A DNA stretch of 64,000 nucleotides from an uncultured Actinomycetota bacterium (GTDB lineage Bacteria > Actinomycetota > Humimicrobiia > Humimicrobiales > Humimicrobiaceae): positions 292 through 64,291 of the forward strand of contig CAZBSE010000001.1 of assembly GCA_964494385.1 (NCBI GenBank), written 5' to 3'. Position numbers and translations under genes: made by a program. The notes under the pieces were generated by a model that was not told where the DNA came from, did no database searches, and saw only the letters and a program-made list of their open reading frames with translations. Below, in pieces: positions 27,455 to 37,602 of this stretch (within the stretch, counting starts at the first letter, position 1; each line of letters opens with the position of its first letter).

Positions 27455-27642
27455 CCTAGAATTTTTCCGGTAGATAATAAAATATATCCTCTTCCATTAT
27501 AAATTATTGATAATATCTTGTTAAATTATGGATTTTCAAAGAATTTTTAGGTAAGTATCTTACTACAGCAAATAAAATTTTAAAATGTTATTAATTTATT
27601 TTAAAGAAGTAAATTTAATTTCAAATATTTTGTTTTTTATAT

Positions 27643-29010
27643 TCAGCTGATTTCCACAGCTTCTCTAATCGCTTTTCTATTAAAAAGTCTTATTTCATAC
27701 AGCATAAATATAACAGCAATAGTAATTGACAGAAAATCAGCAACAGGCATAGCCATCCATACTCCGTTTAAATCAAAAAATTTTGGAAGTATATAAATAG
27801 CAGGAATTAAAAATAAAAACTGCTTTGTTGTAATAACTAAAATTGCCTGTACAGGTTTCCCCAGGGATTGAAAAAAACTAGTAATCACCATGTGCAGACC
27901 CACCAGTGGGAAAAAGATAATTAATGTTCTTAATGGCACTATACCCGTATTAATAAGGACCTGGTCATTGCTAAAAATACCCAGAAAATACCTCGGGAAG
28001 AACATCATGGGTATAAAAGCAAGAAACGATATAATAGTCGTCCATAATATAGTTATTCCCATCACTTTTTTAACTCTCATGTATAACTTAGCACCATAGT
28101 TAAAACTCGATATGGTAGCAAAACTTTGGGCTATTCCTATTACAGGTATTTGGATAAATCCAATTATTCTATATGCTATTCCCAGGATAGCTATATGAAT
28201 ATCATTTCCATAGAACCGCAGAGATCTGTTAAAAATTAAAACTACTGCGCTCGCAATAGTCATCATAAAGAAATTCGGACATCCGATAAACAGGATATCT
28301 TTTATATTTTTTATATTTATTTTGAACATAGATAGTCTAAATTTATAGATGCTCCTTCCGGACATATAAAACCATATTATAAGAGCAGTGCTCAATATCT
28401 GACTTATAATAGTTGCTATTGCGGCACCTTTTATACCCATTTTCAATACAAAAATAAAAATAGGATCAATTATTATGTTTAAAAAGGACCCGATAGCGAT
28501 AAAATACATTGATGCTCTTGGCTTTCCTTCTGCTCTGACAAAATCATTTGTTGCTATCAAAAATGATAATAAAGTAAAGCCCGGAAAAACAATTAACAGA
28601 TATTCTCTTGCAATAGGCAGCACATCTTTTGATGCGCCGAAAAATATCAGCATTCTGTCAATGAAAATATATCCTATAATTATAAAAATGATATTAAGGG
28701 CAATATTTAAGATAATTCCGTTACCCATAACTTTGACTGCCTTTTTTTTATCTTTCTTTCCCAGTGCTCTTGATATCATTGACGCCGATCCAGTTCCAAT
28801 CATAAGGCCAACAGCCATCATGGCCAGCATTATGGGTAAAGCAATTGAAAGGGCGGTTATCGCTAGAGGTCCTACACCTCTACCTACGAATATAGTATCG
28901 ACAATAACATAGAGAAATCCCAGCAGTATCCCCAGTATTCCGGGTCCTGCAAATTTAAACAGCATTTTATTTAAGTTGCCTTCAAGTATTTGTTTTCTTT
29001 CAGAATACAT
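27643..29010 (-). CDS. MATE-family efflux transporter
   Basis: 455 aa, 12 TM segments, MatE-like N-terminus (LFKFAGPGILGILLGFLYVIVDTIFVGR). Confidence 0.85.
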   Translation of the reverse strand: MYSERKQILEGNLNKMLFKFAGPGILGILLGFLYVIVDTIFVGRGVGPLAITALSIALPIMLAMMAVGLMIGTGSASMISRALGKKDKKKAVKVMGNGIILNIALNIIFIIIGYIFIDRMLIFFGASKDVLPIAREYLLIVFPGFTLLSFLIATNDFVRAEGKPRASMYFIAIGSFLNIIIDPIFIFVLKMGIKGAAIATIISQILSTALIIWFYMSGRSIYKFRLSMFKINIKNIKDILFIGCPNFFMMTIASAVVLIFNRSLRFYGNDIHIAILGIAYRIIGFIQIPVIGIAQSFATISSFNYGAKLYMRVKKVMGITILWTTIISFLAFIPMMFFPRYFLGIFSNDQVLINTGIVPLRTLIIFFPLVGLHMVITSFFQSLGKPVQAILVITTKQFLFLIPAIYILPKFFDLNGVWMAMPVADFLSITIAVIFMLYEIRLFNRKAIREAVEIS

Positions 29011-29014
29011 GTTT

Positions 29015-30205
29015 TTATTTCAATAAATCGTTTACAAAATTTACGGAATATCTATACAATTTTCTTCCTTTCCAGCTTGTATAAGCCCCTTTCCTTTTTT
29101 GGAAGATTAATTTTAAATTCATAAAAATCATATAAAATATTGATATCGGATGTAAGAATATATCATAAATTTTTCCATTTATTTTTATCACTGCCATTAA
29201 TCTTGCCAATAGAATAATCAGTACCTGAAACAAAAGAAGAAATAAATTCACATAAAACAGAATATCGGCATAAAATGTAATAAAAGGAAGCAGCAGCAGC
29301 ATAAAGAATGGAAATAGAAAAAAAACAAAGAGAACAAGAATAACCAGAGAAATTGATATTTTACTTTTAAAATTTCCCATAAAAATTCTGCAGAATCCAT
29401 TATATATTTCTCCAAAATTATCATATAATCTGGTTGAATACGTTTTTACTCCATTGAATATCATAAATTTATAACCCATTTTTATAAATAATTTTGAAAT
29501 TGCAGTATCTTCGACACAGCTGCTTCTTATTATGCTGTGACCGCCTATTTTTTTATAAATATTTCTTTTTACCAGCAATAAACTGCCGATACCGCTGCCG
29601 AATACGGGGATTTTAGATCTTTTTATAAATAGCAGCGGAGGAATTAAAAGCTGAAAACTTATCAAGTTGATTACCATTCTTTCATGGAATGATTTCATTA
29701 TTTGTTCCGGACAGGCTGATAGTATATCAAGCTTTTCGCTGACCAGGCAGCTTAGTGCACTTTCTACAGAATTATTTTGGTGGACAGTGTCAGCATCGGT
29801 AAAAAAAAGATACTCGCCTTTTGATCTTCTGTATAATTGATGACAGGCATAATTTTTACCGGTCCAATAATCTTTTAGAGGTTTTCCCTTTATTAATTTT
29901 ATTTTTTTAAATGTCTTTGAAATATTTTTTATAATAGATGCTGTACCGTCATTGGAGTCGTCGTCAAGAACTAGGATTTCAATATTACAATAGGTCTGTT
30001 TTGCCAGGGATATCAAACAATCTTTAATATTTTTTTCTTCGTTCCTGGCAGGTATAAGAATTGAAACAAGAGGTTTTTTTTCCTTCATACTATGAGGTAA
30101 TTTAAAATTAGATATATCTTTGAAATATATAAAATTAATGAAGTAATTAATAAAAAATATAAGCAGTAGAAAAGAAATTATTATGTTATAAATTAAAAGT
30201 GCCAT
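29015..30205 (-). CDS. Membrane-bound family-2 glycosyltransferase
   Basis: Matching segments: VSILIPARNEE, LVLDDDSNDGT, FTDADT. Flanking TM segments. Confidence 0.8.
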   Translation of the reverse strand: MALLIYNIIISFLLLIFFINYFINFIYFKDISNFKLPHSMKEKKPLVSILIPARNEEKNIKDCLISLAKQTYCNIEILVLDDDSNDGTASIIKNISKTFKKIKLIKGKPLKDYWTGKNYACHQLYRRSKGEYLFFTDADTVHQNNSVESALSCLVSEKLDILSACPEQIMKSFHERMVINLISFQLLIPPLLFIKRSKIPVFGSGIGSLLLVKRNIYKKIGGHSIIRSSCVEDTAISKLFIKMGYKFMIFNGVKTYSTRLYDNFGEIYNGFCRIFMGNFKSKISISLVILVLFVFFLFPFFMLLLLPFITFYADILFYVNLFLLLFQVLIILLARLMAVIKINGKIYDIFLHPISIFYMIFMNLKLIFQKRKGAYTSWKGRKLYRYSVNFVNDLLK

Positions 30206-30430
30206 AATAAAAAAGATTTATTATTTTTAATAGGTACTTCTCATCCTTTATAGAATCATTATTATAGCATAGTTCATAATCTAAAATTACAATTATCTAT
30301 ATTTTTTATTATTAATTTATCTTTAAAATTAAGAAAAATTACCGGTAAAAAATAATTAATTTCTAGTAAATCCTTTAGTATATTTAAGAAAAATTTTTTT
30401 ATAGGGTAAGACTATCCTTTAAATAAATTT

Positions 30431-32896
30431 TCAGTCAAGTACTATTTCCTCCAGGTCCAGATTAATCACCTTGAATAGAAATTCCTGCTCTATATCAGGC
30501 ATTTCGGGGCCATCCCAGTCAAATTTAAAACCATCATAATAATAACTGCTAATATCCATTGTAGTATTTTCATAAAGGTATCCCGGTCCCCTCTCCGTGG
30601 TGACGTCAAAATAATAATTTTTAGACATAAAATTATCTTCTACTGTTATATCTATGGGAATCCAGCCGTATAAAGGAAGTTTTATCTCAACCCATGCATG
30701 ACCTATATCTATTTCCTTTGATTTTTCATATAAAATGGTGTATACGGGAATTCCTGCTGCAAGTCTGGCAGGTATACCTGCTGCTCTTAAAAGTGCGGTA
30801 TAAAGAATTGCGTAATCTGCACATACGCCCTTTCCTCTTTCCAGTATTTCTGATGCATAAAGAAATTCATAGTCTCTCTCCTCGGCACGTGGATAATCAT
30901 AATGGAGTTTCCTTACCACAAAGTGATAAATAATTTCTGCAATTTTTAACGGCATTAGCTCATCTTTGATCAACGATTTTGCGGTGTCGTTGATTATAGG
31001 ATTATCCGAATCTATAAATAAATCATCAGCCGTATATTCTATTAGATCTTCATCGTTTTTGCTATAAGTAAGATTGTAACTGTCAAAATCCAGATAATTA
31101 AATTCAACTGATGTAACATCAACTTTAACTGAGGCATTTAGGCTTTCACCTTCCGGAAGTTCCCGGTCAAATTTAAAATTGGCAAATAAATTCCAGTTAT
31201 TGTCAAAGACTTCGGTGGTTTTTCCAATATTTGGCGTATACCCATTTATTACCTGAAATGGATAATAAGTTTGCGGAATTCTCATAAGGCATTTGATATC
31301 ATCTAAATCACCAGGGCCATTGTTTATCAGTTTATATTCTATTTCAACTATAAAATTATGTTTCTTTACAATTTCAACAGGCTGTTTTTTATCAGTAATA
31401 GTTATAGTTTCTATTGCTTCACTGCTCTCTGTTCCATCCGTAACTATCAATTTTATCTCATATTCACCGTCTTCCTTAAAATAATATGAAAATGAGCTCT
31501 CACCGGAGTATTCATTGCCATTTACCATCCATTTATAATTTATATCATCATCGTCATAGTCGTACGATTTTTCAGCAGAAAAGTATACCGGATTTTGCGT
31601 ATAAAAATTTTTATCTCCCAAGGTATCCCCAAAAATTTCTAACACTGCCTGGGGGGCATAATTTTCATCATTGTTACCTGTATATAAATTTTCTTTACTG
31701 GAATACTTTTCAGATAATGATATTATAGCCAATCCTTCGAATCCATCTGCTATATATCCGTTATTACCTGCAGTGGTTATATCATATGAAGATCCTCCAG
31801 TCTTAAGATTATCTATAATAACGGGATTATTATTATCTGATATATCTACCGCATATATTCCCCCCGATAAGCTGGAGACATAAATAAAACCTCCGGCAGT
31901 ACCCAGCTCCCAGGCACCGCCCGGAATTTTACAATTACCGTAAGCCTCCGGATTGTATGGATCTTCTATATTTACGGCCTGAATCAAGCTGTCTGTATAT
32001 TTATCGCTTTCCTCGTCCATTCTGCAGGTTGAAACGTAAATATAATTATCCAGTAGATAAATCCCCCATGCTCTTGATAGGATTCTGCTGGAACTTAAAA
32101 TTATTGGATTTTCTTTTTCTTTTATATCTATTATGGTGAGACTGCTATTTTCCGTATATTCATTTTTTTCATAATCATAAAAATTTATATTTATATAAGC
32201 TGTATCATCTTCTATCCATATGTTTGAAGGTATACCTTCCAGCTCATAGCTGCATACCAACTCAGGCAGTACCTTATTTGAAATATCTATTATTTCAAAG
32301 CTGCTTGCATCAAAATCTTCTCCCTCTATGGATGTATTAATATATGCATAATTATCCTCAATAAATAACCCGTATACCGATTTTCTATTATGTTCCCCTG
32401 TGTTATAGTTTCCTACCAATTCCGGATTGTCTTTTTTTTCTATATTTACAACATAAAAACCACAATTGGTATAAACTTCTTCATTGTTTATAAAATCGGT
32501 ATAGGAGATATAAGCATAATCATCCTGAACAATTACAATATTTGCAGAATCTACACCGCAACATTTTCCCACTATAAAAGGATCTTTTTTATTTTCTATA
32601 TCTACTACATAGAGAATTCCCAGATCGTTTGTAACGTAAGCATAATTACCGCTAACATCCAAATCTATGGCCTGTCCGGATATCTTTAAATCACTTAAAA
32701 GTAAAGAATTCGGAATCCCTTCAAAATCTTCTTCTTTAATTGATTGTTCATAATTTTCCGAATCTTCTTTTTCACTGCTTTTACTTCTAATATCAAAAGG
32801 AAAATAGCAGCAGGCGGTCAGCATTAAGCTTAATATTATAATTAAGATTAGTGTAGTAAATAATGATCTGGCCAAATTTATATGCTTTTCTAACAT
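30431..32896 (-). CDS. Surface protein: LVIVD-repeat beta-propeller, PKD domain, transglutaminase-like cysteine protease domain
   Basis: 821 aa. About 8 repeats of the YAYV..GL.VVDI...NP type. PKD-like segment (YKWMVNG..YEIKLIVTDG). TGase core (GKGVCADYAILYTALLRAAGIPARL, GHAWVEI, WIPIDIT). Confidence 0.75.
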   Translation of the reverse strand: MLEKHINLARSLFTTLILIIILSLMLTACCYFPFDIRSKSSEKEDSENYEQSIKEEDFEGIPNSLLLSDLKISGQAIDLDVSGNYAYVTNDLGILYVVDIENKKDPFIVGKCCGVDSANIVIVQDDYAYISYTDFINNEEVYTNCGFYVVNIEKKDNPELVGNYNTGEHNRKSVYGLFIEDNYAYINTSIEGEDFDASSFEIIDISNKVLPELVCSYELEGIPSNIWIEDDTAYININFYDYEKNEYTENSSLTIIDIKEKENPIILSSSRILSRAWGIYLLDNYIYVSTCRMDEESDKYTDSLIQAVNIEDPYNPEAYGNCKIPGGAWELGTAGGFIYVSSLSGGIYAVDISDNNNPVIIDNLKTGGSSYDITTAGNNGYIADGFEGLAIISLSEKYSSKENLYTGNNDENYAPQAVLEIFGDTLGDKNFYTQNPVYFSAEKSYDYDDDDINYKWMVNGNEYSGESSFSYYFKEDGEYEIKLIVTDGTESSEAIETITITDKKQPVEIVKKHNFIVEIEYKLINNGPGDLDDIKCLMRIPQTYYPFQVINGYTPNIGKTTEVFDNNWNLFANFKFDRELPEGESLNASVKVDVTSVEFNYLDFDSYNLTYSKNDEDLIEYTADDLFIDSDNPIINDTAKSLIKDELMPLKIAEIIYHFVVRKLHYDYPRAEERDYEFLYASEILERGKGVCADYAILYTALLRAAGIPARLAAGIPVYTILYEKSKEIDIGHAWVEIKLPLYGWIPIDITVEDNFMSKNYYFDVTTERGPGYLYENTTMDISSYYYDGFKFDWDGPEMPDIEQEFLFKVINLDLEEIVLD

Positions 32897-32928
32897 TTCT
32901 AAACCTTCTCTGCATAACGCCTCACAAT

Positions 32929-33516
32929 TTAATCCGGATTTTCCCTGATATCTTTAAGCGGCGGCAATTCTTTTATGCTGTTAATACCCAGCAGTTCCAA
33001 GAATCTTTCTGTGGTTCCGTACAATAACGGGTTCCCTGGCTCTTTAAGTCTTCCTACTTCTTTAATTAATCCCTTATACATAAGTGTCAATATTACGCTG
33101 TCGGTTCTTACGCCTCTTATTTCTGCAACTTGTGTTCTGGTAACAGGCTGACTATAGGAAATTATTGCCAGAGTCTCAAGTGCAGCTTGTGAAAGATGTG
33201 TTCTTATGTTTGATTTTATAAATTTTATCAGAATATCACTTATTGCAGGATTGGAATATAATCTGAATCCTCCTGCCACTCTTTTAAGTATGAAACCCCT
33301 ATTATTCTCTATATAGTCTTTTTCAAGCAGCTCCAATATTGAATTTACTTTTTTTTCTCCTATTCCAAGAGCAGAGCAGATCTCTCTTGTTTTTACTATT
33401 CCCTCTGATATAAAAAGTATACCCTCAACACATGTTTTCAGCCATGAATCCCCTTTTCTGAAACTAATTTTTGTTTTTTTTATGTCTTCTCTGCTGCTGT
33501 CTCTATATTTATTCAT
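32929..33516 (-). CDS. scpB: Segregation and condensation protein B
   Basis: ScpB-like double winged-helix (EGILFISEG, GFRLYSNP). Directly follows scpA. Confidence 0.88.
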   Translation of the reverse strand: MNKYRDSSREDIKKTKISFRKGDSWLKTCVEGILFISEGIVKTREICSALGIGEKKVNSILELLEKDYIENNRGFILKRVAGGFRLYSNPAISDILIKFIKSNIRTHLSQAALETLAIISYSQPVTRTQVAEIRGVRTDSVILTLMYKGLIKEVGRLKEPGNPLLYGTTERFLELLGINSIKELPPLKDIRENPD

Positions 33517-33520
33517 AATA

Positions 33521-34267
33521 CTACCTAATTTTTCTTATCATAATATTACCAAAATTCTCAAATTGAATAATATCAATAATTTCTTTTTTATAAAGCTCCA
33601 ATATTGATAAAAAACTGATTATCTTGTCTATAATATTGGTATATTTTAAAGTCAACTCTTTAAAATTGATGCTATCTTTCATCTCAAGTATCTCATTGAT
33701 TCTCTTCATTTCCTGGAATATGCTTATTCCAATTCTGTGGTTATATAAATCGCTAAGCTTTACTCTTTCATCCCTGTATTTTAAAAGATTTGAAGCAATG
33801 GACAATATTTCTTTTACATTTATTTTTTTTGTAAAATCCGGAAGCAGCTTTAAAAATCTATCCTCTAAAGGTGCTTCCCTTATAAAATATAAAGCTTCGC
33901 TTTCATAAAGCCTTCTAAAATAATTGGAGATTTTATTAAAAATTCTATATTCTTCTTCTCTCCTCTGTAAAATTCCAATATCCAGTTTATCTTCTTCATC
34001 TGATTCAGATTTTCTTTTTGAGGGAAGCAAAGATCTTGATTTTATTTCCAGTAAAATAGAAGCTGTATATATAAATCCTGATAGGGTATCAATTAATATA
34101 TTTTTATTCTTTTTAATATAAACTATAAAATCATTTATTATAGTGTTTAAATCGATTTCATAAATATCTTCTTTTTTTCCCCTGACTAGTTCTAGAAGTA
34201 GATTTATCGGTCCTTTAAATTTCCCGTATTCTATTAAATAATCTTTATTTTCAGTGCAGTTTGCCAA
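33521..34267 (-). CDS. scpA: Segregation and condensation protein A
   Basis: FKGPINLLLELVRGKKEDIYEIDL kleisin N-terminus. 248 aa. Confidence 0.88.
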   Translation of the reverse strand: MANCTENKDYLIEYGKFKGPINLLLELVRGKKEDIYEIDLNTIINDFIVYIKKNKNILIDTLSGFIYTASILLEIKSRSLLPSKRKSESDEEDKLDIGILQRREEEYRIFNKISNYFRRLYESEALYFIREAPLEDRFLKLLPDFTKKINVKEILSIASNLLKYRDERVKLSDLYNHRIGISIFQEMKRINEILEMKDSINFKELTLKYTNIIDKIISFLSILELYKKEIIDIIQFENFGNIMIRKIR

Positions 34268-34268
34268 T

Positions 34269-35249
34269 CTAATCTATACCCATCTTTTTTCTTACGCCCG
34301 ATACTATTTTTTCAGCAATTCCTGTAACCTCATCTTTACCATTTTCCAGTATTTTATAGATATATTTAACATCCTTTTTAAGTTCGTTTCTCTTTTTTTG
34401 AAAATTTTCCAGGGATTTAAATATTAAGGATGAAAGCTCGTCTTTGCATTTCGTGCATCCTATTTTTCCTTTTTGGCATCTTTCTCTTATCTCATCTATT
34501 TCCTTTACATTATAAATTTTATAAAAATCGAAAATTTTACAGACTTCAGGATGACCGGGGTCTTTTAGATGTATCCTCCGCGGATCTGTTATCATCATTC
34601 TTACCTTTTTTTGAATGGTTTCAAAATCATCCGATAAAAATATTGCATTGTTATAGCTTTTTGACATTTTTCTGCCATCTATACCCGGTACCCTGGTAGA
34701 TTTTGAAAGCATTTCTTTAGGTTCTGTAAAATAATTTCCATATAAATTATTAAATCTCCTGGCAATTTCTCTGGTAATCTCAAGATGCGGTAATTGGTCC
34801 TCACCTACCGGGATTATATCTGAATTCACTATGAGTATATCTGCTGCCATCAGTACCGGATATGATAAAAATCCAAGCGTAGATAAATCTTTTGATTTTA
34901 ATTCTTTCATCTGCTCTTTATATGTAGGACATCTTTCCAGCCATGAAAGAGGGGTTATCATTGAAAAATATAAAGTTAATTCTGAAATTTGAGGTATATC
35001 CGACTGTCTGTATATATGAGTTAGATCAGGATCTATTCCCAGGGCTATTAAATCTATCACACATTCAATCAAGTCCGACTTTATGTTTTTAGGATTTTGA
35101 TATTCTGTTGATAATGCGTGCCAGTCTACCAGAAAGAAAAAATTCTCGTAATTTTTCTGGTTTTTTATCATATTTTTAATATTGCCGTGCAGATGGCCCA
35201 GATGCAATTTACCGGTCGGCCTGAATCCCGTAAGCATTTTCTTTTTCAT
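34269..35249 (-). CDS. trpS: Tryptophan--tRNA ligase
   Basis: HIGH-type (HLGHLHG) and KMSKS motifs. Start set at the ATG 8 nt after AGGAG (MKKKMLTGFRPTG). The track ORF extends to 35306. Confidence 0.92.
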   Translation of the reverse strand: MKKKMLTGFRPTGKLHLGHLHGNIKNMIKNQKNYENFFFLVDWHALSTEYQNPKNIKSDLIECVIDLIALGIDPDLTHIYRQSDIPQISELTLYFSMITPLSWLERCPTYKEQMKELKSKDLSTLGFLSYPVLMAADILIVNSDIIPVGEDQLPHLEITREIARRFNNLYGNYFTEPKEMLSKSTRVPGIDGRKMSKSYNNAIFLSDDFETIQKKVRMMITDPRRIHLKDPGHPEVCKIFDFYKIYNVKEIDEIRERCQKGKIGCTKCKDELSSLIFKSLENFQKKRNELKKDVKYIYKILENGKDEVTGIAEKIVSGVRKKMGID

Positions 35250-35275
35250 TTTCCAATCTCCTGTTACCTTAACTG

Positions 35276-35992
35276 CTAAACCATTAAATACTGCCACCAG
35301 ATACAAATCTTATAAATAAAATTAAATACCGGCGATATAAAATTCCAGAATATTCTTCCGCCCAGGAATAAAAATATAAAAATAAATATAAATCCAAACC
35401 TTCCGAATCCAAGAAATTTCATCATAGCTTCTTCCGGTAAAAAAGAGGCGAGTATTTTTGACCCATCAAGCGGAGGTATGGGTATAAAGTTAAATATAGC
35501 CAGAAAAACATTTATATATATGGCACCCTGAAAAATTTGATTTACAAGCTCAAAAACATTGAAACTTAAACTGCCTGACGCTAATTGACCATTTGATACC
35601 TTAAAGTAAATGTAATAAAAAAGCCCGTAAACCAGCCCTATTATAAAAGCAAATAAAAGATTGGCAGCCGGGCCGGCTATAGAGGTATATCTTAATCCTC
35701 TTCTATAATTTCTAAAATATCCCGGATTAATAGGAATCGGCTTGGCATAACCAAAAATTATACCCGAATTAATAAGTATCAGAAGTAAAGGCAGCAGAAT
35801 GCTCCCGAATAAATCTATATGAGCAGCCGGATTAAGGGTAAGCCTGCCCATACTTTTAGCAGTAGGATCTCCGCTCTTATATGCTATAAATCCATGGGCA
35901 TATTCATGTATGACCACTCCTAAAATCAAGCCGGGTGCCCACACAATCAGCTGCCTTAAAAAAATTAATATTGATTGTCCTAAATTTGCCAT
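35276..35992 (-). CDS. Site-2 protease family (M50) membrane metalloprotease
   Basis: HEYAH motif and NFIPIPPLDGSK motif. Multi-TM. Confidence 0.82.
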   Translation of the reverse strand: MANLGQSILIFLRQLIVWAPGLILGVVIHEYAHGFIAYKSGDPTAKSMGRLTLNPAAHIDLFGSILLPLLLILINSGIIFGYAKPIPINPGYFRNYRRGLRYTSIAGPAANLLFAFIIGLVYGLFYYIYFKVSNGQLASGSLSFNVFELVNQIFQGAIYINVFLAIFNFIPIPPLDGSKILASFLPEEAMMKFLGFGRFGFIFIFIFLFLGGRIFWNFISPVFNFIYKICIWWQYLMV

Positions 35993-36114
35993 ATGAATAA
36001 ACCTCTTATTCTTTGACCATATACCATATCAAAATCTTTTAATTTTGCAAATATTCTTACGCATAACAGTTTTTTCTTTAGAACATATTTAAACGAATTT
36101 TTACATACAGTTGA

Positions 36115-37044
36115 CTATCTCTCCCTCGGATGATATTTAAAGTATATTTCTTTTATATGTTTTTTATCCAAATTGGTATAAATTTCAGTTGTAGAAATAC
36201 TGCTGTGACCCAAAAGTTCCTGAACCGTTCTTAGATCTGCTCCTTTCTGTAACATATGAGTGGCAAAACTATGCCTGAATATATGCGGATATATATTTTT
36301 ACCAATATTTATTTTACGTGCATATATTTTTAATATTTTCCAGAATCCCTGCCTGGTTATTTTATTGCCGTTCTTATTTAAAAAAATATAATTTGATTTA
36401 TGTTCTCTTTCAATCTTATATCTTGCTTTATCAATATATTTTTTCAAATGCAGCAAGCTCTTTTTACCAACCGGAGTTATTCTCTCTTTTTTACCTTTGC
36501 CTATGAACCTCAACATTTCTTCATCAAAATCAATATCGCCAAGTTTAAGATTTATAATCTCGCTTACTCGAAGCCCGCAGGAATATAATAATTCGAACAT
36601 GGCTTTATCTCTCAACTGCAATTTTGTAGAGAATGGTATGCTGTCAAGAAACTTTTCTACCTCCTCAATATCCAAAACTTTTAATAATTTCCTGGGCATT
36701 GCCGGATTACTTATTCGAATCCAGGGATTTTTCTTACAAATTCCTTCTCTGAACAGGAATTTATAGAAACTTCTAAGGGTTGATAATATTCTTGATATTG
36801 ATGATTCCGACTGATTCGTATGAAGAAATTGAAGAAAATCAAGTATTTGTTCCTTTTTTATATTAATGTAATCTTCTATGCCTTTGTTTTTCAGGAAAAA
36901 ATTAAATTTATTGAGATCTCTCATATAAGAATCAATAGTATTGGGAAGAAGCATTCTTTCAAATCTTAAATATTCCATATAACTTCCAATATTATGATTA
37001 ATATCTTTATTTTTTATTTTTTCTTCCAACTTTGTAATTCCCAT
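36115..37044 (-). CDS. xerD: Tyrosine recombinase XerD/XerC
   Basis: SAM-like N-terminal domain. Catalytic residues RHSFATHML and LGHSSISTTEIYT. No phage genes nearby. Confidence 0.85.
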   Translation of the reverse strand: MGITKLEEKIKNKDINHNIGSYMEYLRFERMLLPNTIDSYMRDLNKFNFFLKNKGIEDYINIKKEQILDFLQFLHTNQSESSISRILSTLRSFYKFLFREGICKKNPWIRISNPAMPRKLLKVLDIEEVEKFLDSIPFSTKLQLRDKAMFELLYSCGLRVSEIINLKLGDIDFDEEMLRFIGKGKKERITPVGKKSLLHLKKYIDKARYKIEREHKSNYIFLNKNGNKITRQGFWKILKIYARKINIGKNIYPHIFRHSFATHMLQKGADLRTVQELLGHSSISTTEIYTNLDKKHIKEIYFKYHPRER

Positions 37045-37579
37045 TTAAATAATCTCTGCTTAAAAGTATACCTATAATAGTTTTTGCATCTTTAATTTTC
37101 CCATTTTTTATAAAAGATACTGCATCATCAAGTCCCAGCTCCAGGACATAAAGAAATTCATCTTCATCGGGATGATTTTCTTCTCTTTCAAAATCTATGG
37201 CCATAAATAAATATAATAATTCATCGCTAAAACCAGGTGAAGTGTAAAAAGTTGTCAGATGTATCATCCTGCCTCCCCTTGCACCTATCTCTTCGCTCAA
37301 TTCTCTTTTTGCACAGTTTTTAGGTGTTTCATCTTTATCCAGCTTCCCTGCCGGCACCTCTAATAGATTATATCCCGCAGGATATCTGAACTGTCTTACC
37401 AGTACTATTTTTCCTTCTTTATTGATTGGTACAATACCTACTGCTCCCGGATGCGAGACTTTCTCTCTTGTGGCTACTTTATTATTGGGAAGTCTTACTT
37501 TATCCATATATAATTTAATTATTTTACCATTGAAAATAGTATTAGAACTTATTCTTTTTTCAAAAAACTCTTTATTCAT
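37007..37579 (-). CDS. nudF: ADP-ribose pyrophosphatase (NUDIX hydrolase)
   Basis: Nudix box GKLDKDETPKNCAKRELSEEIG and NudF-like N-terminus. Confidence 0.8.
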   Translation of the reverse strand: MNKEFFEKRISSNTIFNGKIIKLYMDKVRLPNNKVATREKVSHPGAVGIVPINKEGKIVLVRQFRYPAGYNLLEVPAGKLDKDETPKNCAKRELSEEIGARGGRMIHLTTFYTSPGFSDELLYLFMAIDFEREENHPDEDEFLYVLELGLDDAVSFIKNGKIKDAKTIIGILLSRDYLNGNYKVGRKNKK

Positions 37580-37602
37580 TAATAGTTTCCCTTCCTATTG
37601 TC

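Noticed and set aside
35250-35306. T-box or other leader for trpS, and the longer 345-aa ORF start
   Set aside because: Only 26 nt separate trpS from the upstream M50 gene. The extended N-terminus (MYLVAVFNGLAVKVTGDWK) is not TrpRS-like and would overlap the M50 gene. The ATG at 35249 has a good RBS.
36115-37044. Tyrosine recombinase as a marker of a prophage or integrative element
   Set aside because: It has XerD-like domain organisation and motifs and is flanked by housekeeping genes (nudF, M50 protease). There are no att-like repeats or phage genes, and a cognate dif site is in the same window.
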